Source: Euglena gracilis
Taxonomy: Eukaryota
Reading direction: 5' to 3'
NCBI GenBank assembly: GCA_039621445.1
Contig: CP154954.1
Coordinates: 32,403,455 to 32,467,454 of the forward strand
Length of the DNA: 64,000 bases
Below, one piece after another: positions 36,963 to 48,334 of the stretch; the stretch's first letter is position 1; each line of letters starts with the position of its first letter. Made by a program: the position numbers and the translations under genes. Below the pieces are notes generated by a model. The model did not search any database. It was not told the origin of the DNA and saw only the letters and a list, made by a program, of their open reading frames with translations.

Positions 36963-39663
36963 GATGTCTACCGCGGTCGGTTTCCCGTCTTGCCATGTTG
37001 CCAGCAACAGGTCCGCTGGTCGCAGGGAGGCGTCTGGCTGGTTTGGTACTGGCACCTCGCGTTGGACACTCTGGCCGTTCGCGGGCAGGAGGTTGAATAA
37101 GGCTTCCTGAACGGCGTTGTGTCGGCTTGCAAAGTTGTTCCGAATGCAGCACATGTCGTGATCCCCGTGGATGTCTGCCACAGAATGGCACCCCGCGCAC
37201 GTGGTTGGCGTGTCAGCCAGGGGCAGCCCAAGCCACCACTTTAGGCCAAGGCAGTAGTCGGCGGGCTCAATCACCGTGTGCAGAGCCTCATTGGGGGCTG
37301 CTGCCATCCAGCCGTGGCCGATACCGTTGAGCTGTTCCATAAGACGTGTCTGGTCCCTTGCAGACCACGTGGCGATGAGGGCGTCCACATGGGCCTTGGA
37401 TAGTTGGGTCTGCCACCATTTCTGCGAGGTGTCATTTGCCGATGCAGAGGCGAAGGCTGCTGATGCTGTCAGCCGGTTGCTCTCAGGGTGACGGGTGCCG
37501 AGGACGGAACCAAGGTCACTGGCGGCTTGCTGGCAGAGCCGGTCGTCCGGGGCGGCCGCGTAGCTTGGACATGCGACCCGCTTATGTCCATGTGTGTAGA
37601 ACTGGCACAGGGCGGCGGTACGGGCTGCTGCTTGGTGGGAGGCGGGAATACGAAGGCCACACCCACCTTGTGACAGCGGTAGCGAGGCCTGCAGGCGGTG
37701 GTCTGTGCTGAGGGCTTGGCCGATGATGTCCTCAAAGGCACCGAAGATCGTCTCACTGCACCGAATCACTTCACCCTGCGCCTGGTAGGGATCAGAGGCG
37801 CGCAGGAGGTGGTTAACTCTGCAGCCGTCCAGTCAAGACCTCAGGATGTGGTGCGCCAGCTGGGGGTCAGTGACCGAGGTGACTAGGTCCGCAGCCTGAT
37901 CCAGCTTGGTTGTTGCCTCCGTCCATGCTGCCACTGTGTGCCCTGCCGTGGTTGGGAAGTCGACGGGGCAGCCCAGGACAGTGATCCCAGAGCCCTCGAC
38001 CCAGGGTACAACTTGAACCTTCTCGCGGTCAGGGAGTGCGCCAGCAGCCGGACCCCATACGACGCATTTCGCCGGGTTCAATTGGACCCCGTTGCGTGCG
38101 CCTTCGGTCCGCAGGAACTCGAGGCACTTCTGCAAAGCCCAGGGCTGACCGACAAGCACCCCATCATCCAGGTACCATGAGGACCAGAGCAACTCTGCTT
38201 GCTGGCTGATGGTCTCGCTGATGGTGTGGAGGCCCACTGCAAAGCCGATGGGTCCCAGGGGGCAACGCTGGTGTGTGCCTCTCGTGGAGTGGAGCACGCG
38301 TCCTCCGCTGAACAACGGTGCCGGCTGGCCGTAGGCGAAGCGCAGGTAGTTGAAAAGCGCTGGAGTGCGCGTTTGCGCTTCTTGTAGAAGGACATTTCTG
38401 TCCGGTGTGTTGAAGGCGTTCTTCAGGTCCACCTGAAGAATGGCCCAGTTCCCCTGCGGATCCAGTTTCCGGACCAGACTTTGGGTTGCCATGGCGACGG
38501 ATTCGGACGCATTGGGGACCCCAACCCCTACCTGCAGGGGACTCAGCCGGCCCACTTAGTCCTTGGCGGCGCTGGTGTGTAGGAGGGCTTTCCCAACCAA
38601 TCGCCGAAGGGGAATCGCGCTTACCTGCCGTGACTCCCCGGTGCACCGTGGACCACATTATGATCAACCTGGTGGACAACTCCCCTATTGCCGAGCGCCC
38701 ACCAAGACGGGCCGAGGGAGCCTCTTGTCCTGCGGGGACATTGAAAGCAACCCAGGTCCGCCGGGAGGCAGAAAGAGGTCAGCCACGTCGGTTGTCGTGT
38801 CCGCGGAGGCGCCTCGTGACAGCACAAAACGATTTAGCACACCCAGCTGACGACACACCCGCGGCTGTGGTGGTCGACCAAAGCGGAAAGAACTCTGACC
38901 TCCGTCACGGTGGCCCGCCTGGAATCACCATCCCGCCCCAGCCGGCCAACCTCCAGGAGGTCTTCCTCTGCCGCGCAAACACGGTCCTTCATGTGCCTGC
39001 GGCCAACCAACGTGACGTCTCCGAGACCCTCTCCAATGTCATAGAGGAATACGTCAGCAGGCCAACCATGGACAGCCTCTTCGCCACCCTCGCCTTCCCC
39101 AAACTGGTGCTTCGGACAGTCCAAAGTGCGGGGCGTGAGGCCGATGAGGACATCTCCACCGCGATCAGGCGGCGCGTCCAACTGTTCCGGCAAGGGGACA
39201 ATGGAACGCTGATGACAGAGCTGAGAAACGCCACCCGCCTCCCACCAGCGTCCATCGAGACGCGGGCAGCCAAAAGAGCACGCACCGAGCCCGCCGCCAT
39301 ACCGGCCGCTGTTCTCCGCCGTGCCCGCACGTTGGTGGGGGAAGGGGCCCCTGCGAAGGCCCTGCAAGTTCTCCTGTTCGAAGGAACCCACCGCTCTTCC
39401 GATCCGGCTGTCTGGGTCAAACTGCAGGAGTTGCATCCCGCTGGACGCCCAGTAAGCCTCGATGCGCTGCCCGGCGAAGTACCACCGTTCCCGGATGGTA
39501 AACAGGTGCGGTGGAAGGAGCTCCTCAGGGACGCAATACTCCGTTTCCCCCGGACCTCCTCGCCGGGCCCTTCTTGTTTGCGCCCTTGCGCCTTGCCGCC
39601 TTATTTTTTTTTTGGATTACTCTGGTGTGCTGGGTTAGGCCGAAGTCCTGTGCGGGTGAGAGT
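36963..39663 (+). repeat. 2.7-kb direct duplication, copy 2 (part of element C including the inversion and the 2A at 38701-38760)
   Basis: Near-identical to 11215-13914; 2A reads TKTGRGSLLSCGDIESNPGP. Confidence 0.97.
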
Positions 39664-41919
39664 AATGCACATACCAAGTTCTCAAGGAGGGAGGGGGGGA
39701 GAATCGAGGGTGAGGTGAAGGGCGGTGAAGGGCACAGTACGGAGGGGGGATTGCGAGTGTGAGAGGAAAGTGTACAGCGGCTGGGAAGGTTCAATGGAAC
39801 GGCCATGGAGACTGTTGAGTGTTGAGGTTGTGGCAGCGACAAGTTTAGGTTTTGGGGAGTTGGCTCAGGGAAGGCTCTGTTTTCAGTGCGGTAAGGGTTT
39901 GGACGTCATTGTAGACTTGGTCCATTCGTTGCAAGGTGTTTTTTGCTTGTTTTGTGGTTTAATTGGTCTTGTGGTTAGTTATGCGTACGGTTGGCGTGTC
40001 ATGGAGCCTTCGGCCCTGTGGTCAAATTGCTCACTCCGTTTCATATGGGCAATGGGTGGTGGGTTACACCGTTCCAGATGGCTCCGCCACAGTTCCTCAA
40101 GCCTCAGGCGGGCCAGTTCTCTTGCCAATGTCTGACACAGGTTGCTGATGGTTGGGTACCTTTGTTTACTTTTTTGACAAGTTGTGGATGGTTTAAGGAC
40201 AATTTTTTGTTCTGGGTCTAGGGGTCGTAGTGGTCTTCTTTACAGACAATACGGCTGGTGTATGGTGTTGGTTACTTCTGGATCTGTGTCGTTGCCTGCA
40301 TACCGTCCCCAGATTACTTGTCGCGCGATCTCTCGCGCAACAGTGATTGATAGAAGTTGCCATGTGTCTGCTTCAGTTTTGCGTTTTGACCATGCATCTT
40401 GTTGACCGAGGAGAAGTTTCATCAGTGTTGACATTAAGGATAGCGCTTCTTGGCCTAGGCTGCCATAGCAGTCAACAACAAATGGAAGGCAGGTCCACCC
40501 CCTCCTCCCACAGGTGGCGTCATATTTTGAATGCTTTTCTTTCTCTTGGCGTTCATACCATTCAGTTAGTTCAGCTGTGTCACGCAACGGTCTGTACGGT
40601 GCTGCTGTGTGTCTCACTGTGATATCCACTGCTCCAGGACCATTGGCGTCAAGTCTGCTGATGAGGACATCGCCCGGGCGTGTTCTCTCTAGACCTCCTT
40701 GTTCTTTTTTTGCTGTAAACCCAGCATCATGTGCCAGTTGGAACACAAAGTCCTGGATTGCACCATGTCGCCGCGTGATGCCATTTGAGCTGCAGCATAC
40801 AAGGTGATTACCCAGGTTGTCCATTGGCTTGGTGCAGCGTGGGCACGTTGATCCCGTTGGTGGGCAAACTGGTGCTCACAGTGACCACTTTAGAAATCCT
40901 TTGAATTCGGCAGAAGCGACCAATGTTTTCAGTCCAGAGGATGGTGTGACAGAAGCCCAGGCCATTGCGTGGGGCCGCTGTTGGCTTGCGAACCGGACGG
41001 CGTCTTGACCGTGAAGGTTGGAGGATAATACCTTTTGTCGTTGTTTCGCAAAGCATTCACCCCACCACTTCTGTTGAATGTGAGGGCTTTGGGCTTCGTT
41101 CAGGAGTGATACATCCGCGGCCCATGTTTGCGTTGGGGGAGTTCCTTCGAGGATGGATTTGGCAGAGGACAGGCACTCCGCAGTGTCTTTCGGTACTCCT
41201 CGGTCTGCAAGGCCCAGGGTGCGTCTGCCATTGCTGACAAACGTCACAATGCCGGATATACGTGCTGGGAGACGTTCCCGTGATGGGTCCCGAATTCCGA
41301 GTCCGCCATGACGCACGGGTAGGGTGGCCTGAGCCCATTGGTTGTCATCGATTGGGGATCCAACAATGTTGCTCATTGTGTTCCTGATTTCTTTGGTCAA
41401 CAGAGCACATGCGTCATTTGCCTGCCCCAGTTCTGTTGCACGCAGGAGGTCATTAACTTTGCAAGCATCTAGGCAGGTTCGTAAGAGGCAGAACTGAATA
41501 TGGGCTTGCGGCAGGTTCAAAAGGGCCCGGCAAGCTTTCTGCACACCTGTTGCACGTTCAGCCCACACTTCCCCCGCAAAGCCTCCGCTTTGTGGATGGC
41601 ATACCGGGATTCCCAGGGCCCGTATACCAGAATTAGGGGAGTAGTTCACGATTGGGACTGCACGAAGTGGGCTGTTTTGCGGCATTTCAGCACGATTGGC
41701 TTCTGTTGCTGCAGGGCCCCACAGGCGGCATTTTTTTGCGTTGAGGTGTATGCCTAGTAGCGTCCCCTGTCGTTGAATTTCTGTAATTGCTGCATGTAAT
41801 TGTGGGAGGGTTCCCAGGATGTGTCCATCATCCAAATACCACAATTGCAGTGGCACCACGTCTTGCAAGGACTCGACGAGAGATTGCAACGCCAAGGCGA
41901 ATCCGGCTGGGCCACAAGG

Positions 41920-43264
41920 TGAAGGCGGGGGCCCTGGCCCAGATGGCCTTTTCCTTGGCATTGCAATCTCCAATCTGGACTTTTTCAGTGATATCTGAAC
42001 TTGTCCAAAACTTGATCTTTTCTGCCTTCCAACCTTCCCAGATCACTGGCAATAAGATGAAAACAGTACTGAAACTCCACGCAAACAGTACATGACCCTT
42101 GCCACCTGCAAAGTAAGGCAGCAGGATTCAAATTTAAATTAGGATCTGCGCGAACCTACACCCCCCTGCTTCAAGATCTTGTCAACGACAAGGTCACACA
42201 ACACCGTAGGCCAGTGAGCGCTGGGACCCCCGGGTGTCGTTGGGGTGCCCTTGCCATCATTGATGCCTCAATGACAGAAAAGGAATCCCAACCGCCCAGG
42301 GCATCCCCCCAGAGCCTTTGGAAAAACTGTCGCAAACTGGTCCTTCCCCCCTTTTTCGACCAGCTTGCCACAGTAATCCCCAAAGGGTAGGGAGATGGAC
42401 AACAAACAAACAAAACGGGAGAGAATTGTGATTCGGAGGGGAAAAATTACAAAGCAGAAATGCAAAGCGAACTGACGCGATTGTCCACAGCCAAGTCCAA
42501 TTACCACCACCTCGACGCCAAATCACACACGGCAGAGGGTTTCTGCGTAAACGCTCGGATAACCCACAACCAGAGGGGCAGCAGCCAGCGGCATTGCCAC
42601 AGCCGTACGCGGCGATGACCACATTCGACCACCAGTAATTGAAATTGCGCGGCCATCCACAGCCACAGCAGCAGCAGCCTGCAATGTGAAATCTTCCCAC
42701 GAATCTGTCAAATCTTACTCCTGCTGGCGGCTGGCGGCTGCAATCTGCTGCCGCCTCCTCCGCCTCTGGAGTGTTCTGGGCTTGGGCTTGACTCCATCTG
42801 TCTGAACTTCCCTGTCCACAGTGGTAATCCCAGATGATGATTCCAATCTTGGAGATTGTGATGCCACAGGCATGGCCATGTTAGACACATCCTTTGACGT
42901 TTTCTGGCCTTTCAGACTTGACTTCTGAGGTTTGCTGGCCGGATTCCAATTGCTCTTCTCAGGCCATTGGCTCCCTTGGTGGCAATCTTGGCTTGTCTGT
43001 TTGTACGGGAGGTGTACTGTTTGTGAAGGCGGGGGCCCTGGCCCAGATGGCCTTTTCCTTGGCATTGCAATCTCCAATCTGGCCTTTTTCAGTGATATCT
43101 GAACTTGTCCAAAACTTGATCTTTTCTGCCTTCCAACCTTCCCAGATCACTGGCAATAAGATGAAAACAGTACTGAAACTCCACGCAAACAGTACATGAC
43201 CCTTGCCACCTGCAAAGTAAGGCAGCAGGATTCAAATTTAAATTAGGATCTGCGCGAACCTACA
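41920..43264 (-). mobile_element. Non-autonomous LTR retroelement (TRIM-like), 241-bp LTRs
   Basis: Direct repeats 41920-42160 and 43024-43264, each TG...CA; 4-bp TSD AAGG (41916-41919, 43265-43268); purine tract AGCAGGGGGG before the minus-strand 3' LTR; splits the RT motif QGDP|CGP. Confidence 0.95.
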
Positions 43265-46200
43265 AAGGGTCCCCTTGTTGTACGCCAGAGGCACTCCGAA
43301 GGTGTGGTGACCCACAAAAGAGCGGGCTGTGTTCGACGTAGCAACTCTCGAACCAAACGTACGCCTCCGGGCAGCGTTTAGCCACTTCAGCAAGGACTGT
43401 CTTTCTTTTCACGCAATTAAAAGCATTGCTGAAATCTACCTGTAACAAAGCCCAGGTGTTGTCCTGTTGCATGTGCAGGTGATTCACTTCTTGCTGCAGT
43501 CCCATAGAAATGAGTTCACATGCCCCCTGGACCCCTACACCGCATTGTAGTGGCTGCAGTTCTTTAAGGCGGTCCCTGATTTTGGGGTGCCTCATCAAAT
43601 ATTTGTCCACCAATCGGCGCAGGCATTCCCCAGCTGCAATTGGTCGCGTGCCATCCTTCTTTGGGTCAGAAATGGGTTGGTATTGCCAAGCTCATCAAGG
43701 TTTTCGCTTGGATTGCAGGGTTTTCGAAGAGGAGTCAAACGGGCACCAGCGAAAACCCATGCCGCAGAGTTGTGAATTCCGTTTGTCAAACATGTTCGGA
43801 CGAATTGGTCCAAAATTGTGAGGAGTTGTTCTGATTGTGTCCCCAGGGGATCAGAGAGTATGTCTTTAAGATGATCTGGACGAAGTCCAGACGGTCCTGG
43901 TGAGGACTCCTTCGGGAAAGACATGACTGCTTTCCGTATTTCAATTAGGCGCTCCCTGGTTGCATCTTCACTGAGATCGAATTCGAGGCGAGGGAAGTCC
44001 GGAGGCAGATTTTGCCTTCCAGGTTGGGGTTCAGGAGGGTGCAAGGCAGCCAACCGTTCCAAGATTAGCGGGTCATCTGCATCTTGGATTCCATCAGAAG
44101 TCAGCATGCGGCAGGCTTTACTGACCGCCCCATGGCTGACAAGGCTTTGAACACGGTTGCACAATCTTTCTTGGCTTTCTGCATCGAAATTTTTTGTTTG
44201 ACTTCGTGTTCTCTTCTTTGGGTTTTGTGCATCGCGAATTTGGCGAGTCTCATCCCACGAATCTTCTGTGGACCGGTTGAGGTAGGCATTGGCTCTCTCA
44301 GTAATTTTCCGTCCAACTGCAGCCCAATGGCTTTTCCCGCTCCGCTTCAGTGGAGCAAGCACAGCTTGTGGGAAGCACCAAAGTGTGTGTAGGGTTTCCC
44401 ATCCTGGTTTTGATACAAAGCGACTGAGGGTGCTGCAAAAGGCGAGCCCAACGTTTCGCAACGCTCACCGTGGGATATGGACCAACGTGCCCCGCGTGTC
44501 TTGGGAAATTTCTTCCCAAGATGGCTGCAGTGGTGGGCAAGGTTGCGAGAAAGGAGTGACTTGCAGCGTATCAGCGTTCGTCGAGGATTGCGCTGGTGCT
44601 ACAGCCACGGGGTGCTGCGGCCTTCGACCATTTAGGCACTCTTGCTCTTGCCCTTGTGGTGAGGACGGCACAAAATTCTCAATCATCCCCTGGCCCTGCG
44701 GCGCACACCCGTGAATTTCGGAAATCGCTGAGCGCACCCGGGACTCTAGTTCGTCAATGACCATGATTTGCTCAGCTGCAGCTGCCCCGGGGCATTACAA
44801 CCTGGGACAAAGTAGGCGAGAACAGCGGCGTCGAGTGCATTGGAAACCAAGATCCAAGGAGTGGTCGCTCCGTCGGCGGCACAGCAGAGGTCTGTGCGGC
44901 TGAGGCCATTTCAACGTCCTCCTGCTGGGGAGGGCGGGTTTTTGTGGGACCTGGGTTGCTTTCAATGTCGCCACAACTGGCAAGGCTTTTACCCCTGCCA
45001 CACCAGGGGGGACTGTACCCATACCGCGTTTTTTCCTGGTCAATCGGTTGCCGTACGTGGTTGGCGTGCCCTGGGGCCACATTTGACAACTTAGAAGGCC
45101 CTGAGGCCATAGTGCAAGTTGGTCGTCCGCAATGGGGCCGGGTGCTAGGTCGCAGGGATAGGGGTCCTTCACGTGGGGTTATCCGGTGAATAGGTCCTGG
45201 CTCAAGCTGAACGTCACCACAAACTGTGACATCTTGGTGTGTGGGCCTCTCGGTTTTGACAGCGTGGTTAGGGCTTATGTCACCTTGTTGGTCACCGCGT
45301 TGGCAGTTTGGTTGTCTTTGTGCTGTCCGTCGTGCCCTCCGGACGTGACGGTTAACAGAAACTGCTGATCTTGTCGGACGTAACAAGGCCATGATGTCCA
45401 GGATATCAACGGTGTGTACATTCAATGGGGAGAGGTCGGACGAGGAGGGCTCCGTTGGAGGTACTCTGGGGAAAGTGCTATCGGCCGGAGAACGTTGGGT
45501 AGTGTCATTAGGTGAATGGGGGGCAGGAAGAAATGAAAAGCCTCGCCGATGTTGCATACTTCGGACCATAAACATGTCAGCAACCACATAATGGCATGCA
45601 CACTCGATGGGGAGTCGTGACGTGGTGGTCGATGTGGCCATAGCCCTATGAGCACAAACAGAACTCCTCTCAAAACTTCCCAACATTCGGTGAGCTCATA
45701 GACGGTAGTGTCCTCAACCAGGACATCGGTAGGGAAGGCGTCTCGGAACGTTTGAAGTTCTGCATCCACCTCTTGAAGGCTCGCCAGCAGTCTGTGCCGA
45801 ACGAAGTTTTCTTGAGGTCCCCTGGAGACAGGGATTGTCGGTCTTTCCATGGTGGCCAGAAGGAAGTAGATGGGTCCTGGTTGTGTTTGGACGTCACCAT
45901 GGGTGGTGATTCGTTCCCCCCTTCCAGTCGGCTGGTGTCCTGCTGAAAACTTTTCCCGGGTTTGTTCTGCCGTGTATCCTCGGCTTGTTACAGAGTGTAC
46001 TTTTGCTGTCTCAGTAGATGGAAATACTGTGGCTGAAAAAAACAGGGCAGGTTTCCCTGTGGTGCAAGCACCAACCTGCCGAGGCAGTGATGGTTTCAAT
46101 GTCACACAAAGTGCATTTCAGCCAGTATGTAGCTTTGGGAAGAAGTGTACGGGAGGAGCCATCGGGGCCTTGCCGCAATGGTATTTCGGCCTTGATCCGA

Positions 46201-48309
46201 AAGAAATCAGTCATGTTCATGGCAACAAGTTGGTCCAATAGATCCATGACTTCACCACAGGGTCCATCAAATGCCGTCGGCGGCATTTGATGGACCTGGA
46301 TGAAAATGCGTCTTCCGGATTCTTCCCCCCGTGTGGGCCTGCAGAGCAGAGGTGTATGTTGCCGACTGTTTCTGCCATGTGGAATTTTTTTGTGGCAGCA
46401 CAAGAGTAATAGTCCGACAGGGAGTCATTTGAGTCATCAAGATCGCTGGCGGTCCATACAGACGGGGAAAGACGATCAGCCAATCCAACCTCACACGCAA
46501 ACTGTAACGGTCTGGGCATGTCATCCATCTGCCAAATTCTTGGGCAGTATCGCCAGGCAATGGGCAGGGTTGGCTCTCGGGAGGGTGTCAGCCTCTTCTT
46601 TGTCCTCGGGGGGCGGACTGCTTCTGCTGCAGGCACTTTTTGTTTGATTTTTTGTGCGATAGCTCGGCGTACTTTTTCTGTGTGCAACATGTCCACTCCC
46701 TCCTCATGTTGTTCGTCTGGTCGGTGTTGATGAAGAATCTGGGCGATTCTGATCCGTTCCAGGATGAGGTTCTTTTTTGGTGGGTGGGGGGGGGCGATTG
46801 CACAACGTTTGGCGCTGCCAGTGGCAACGTGAGTTTCATGTCTGTGTGCACCAATTTTTGTGACTGCCGAATGTCCACTGTTCTGCCAATGTCGACCCAC
46901 TTTTCCTGAATGTTGGCCAGTTTTCTGGCGACCATCTCGTGAAATAAAATGCCTCCTGCTTGCTGTCTCATGCGCCTTCTCCAAAAAAATTCTTCCCTGA
47001 AGGACCGAAACTCTGGTGTTTCCCAAACTGGGACCCCTTCAAGGGGGGTGTTGGGTGGGGAGGCTGGTAAATCTGTTGCCTGGGGGGGGTCTTGCCATTG
47101 AAAGGGGCTGGGTTCCTCCTGCAGGATCACTGTGCCCAGTTTTGCCCACTGTGTGCCATCAAACATGGTGGGTTTTGTTGGAATTTTAAAAATGCGAAAT
47201 GGTGGGCCTGGCCCCCCCCCTCTTGCAGGGGGGCTGATATTGGGGGCTGGTGCTGAGATCTTTTGGGGTTGCATTTGGCTGGGGTTGATGATCCTCCTCT
47301 TTTGGGTGGGGGGGGGTTGTTTTGCAGACTCCCTTTGATACGGAGTTGCCTTGGGATGAAATTCTTGATCCACTTGTTTTACTGGGTGAAGGTATTGTGT
47401 TGAGTTGTCCCCTCTTTGGGGGGGACTTTGTGAGACAAAAGACAAAGGGAAAGCTGCAGGCAGAAGAGCACATTGGAAGGCTGATGGTGATGCCAGTACC
47501 ACATCTGGGATTAAGGGTGCTGGCAGGCTAGGGTTGTGTAATGGTGTTGGGGGGTACTTCTGAACTCTGGCCTGTGCTGAGAAAGGCTCTGAGGCTTCTG
47601 AAGAGTTCAGCCTCTCTCCTTCTCTGCTCCTCTTCTCTGATCCAATTCTTCCTCTGGTCATCTTCTCTGCTCCAGTTTGATTGCAGTGGTTGCTGAGATT
47701 GCTGGGGTTCACCCCAAAGGTTGGTCTGTGATGGAATGTACATTTGTATGATTGATGTGACAGATGGACATACTTGATTTCTGCCCACTGGTGGGCATTG
47801 GAATGGGTTGTTCACTGGAATGCCCACTGATGGGCCTGACTGTGGAATGCCCACTGATGGGCTTGCTGTACAGGGGGGCCCCAGACTCACTTGCTGATGG
47901 AGCTGGGGCTGAGGAGAACTCTGTTGAGATATATGATAACTGGGTCGACCTCTCTGCCATGGGGGCTTGTAATCTCTTCCAAACCTTCTCTGTAGGTACT
48001 CTTTATGCTCTTCCCTCTCTTGCCATGTCCTCTTCTTTCTCTGTGAGCTGCTGTGTTGACTTTCTCTGTCACTATGTACAGGGCGGTCAGCAATGAGTCG
48101 TTGTGCCACAGCAGTGGTTAGCACCGGCACCAACAGCGGTAACAACATCTTGGCCAGCAGCTCCAACTGTCCAGTGTCCACTGCAACAGTAGGTGTACTT
48201 GAAGGGTTGGTTGTGGTAGCAGCTTGGTTGACAAGGGGTGTATTGTCTTGAGTCTTGGGGTCTTCTGGAGGGCCATCCGGCCACTTTGCAGCCATGGTGA
48301 TTATGCAGA

Positions 48310-48334
48310 CGAAAAAAAATAGACACTCAGAAAG
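48310..48334 (-). other. Euglenid spliced-leader exon copy CTTTCTGAGTGTCTATTTTTTTTCG
   Basis: Matches 25 nt of the 26-nt Euglena SL as I recall it; 14 nt upstream of the element's ATG. Confidence 0.92.

Larger units (their letters stand above)
39638..48334 (-). mobile_element. Full-length decayed CRE-like retrotransposon, family B copy 1, SL-headed, interrupted by an LTR element
   Basis: SL 48310-48334; ATG 48295; 2A-type motifs at 45872, 45192 and 44946; RT LQVDFSNAFN / GVQQGDP / WYLDDGH; RLE RPGDVLI..AVDIT; stop at 40240. Confidence 0.95.

Noticed and set aside
48310-48334. Bona fide SL RNA gene
   Set aside because: The exon is followed by an element leader and ATG; the SL copies share no common intron or upstream flank, and no 5S rRNA gene is recognisable.
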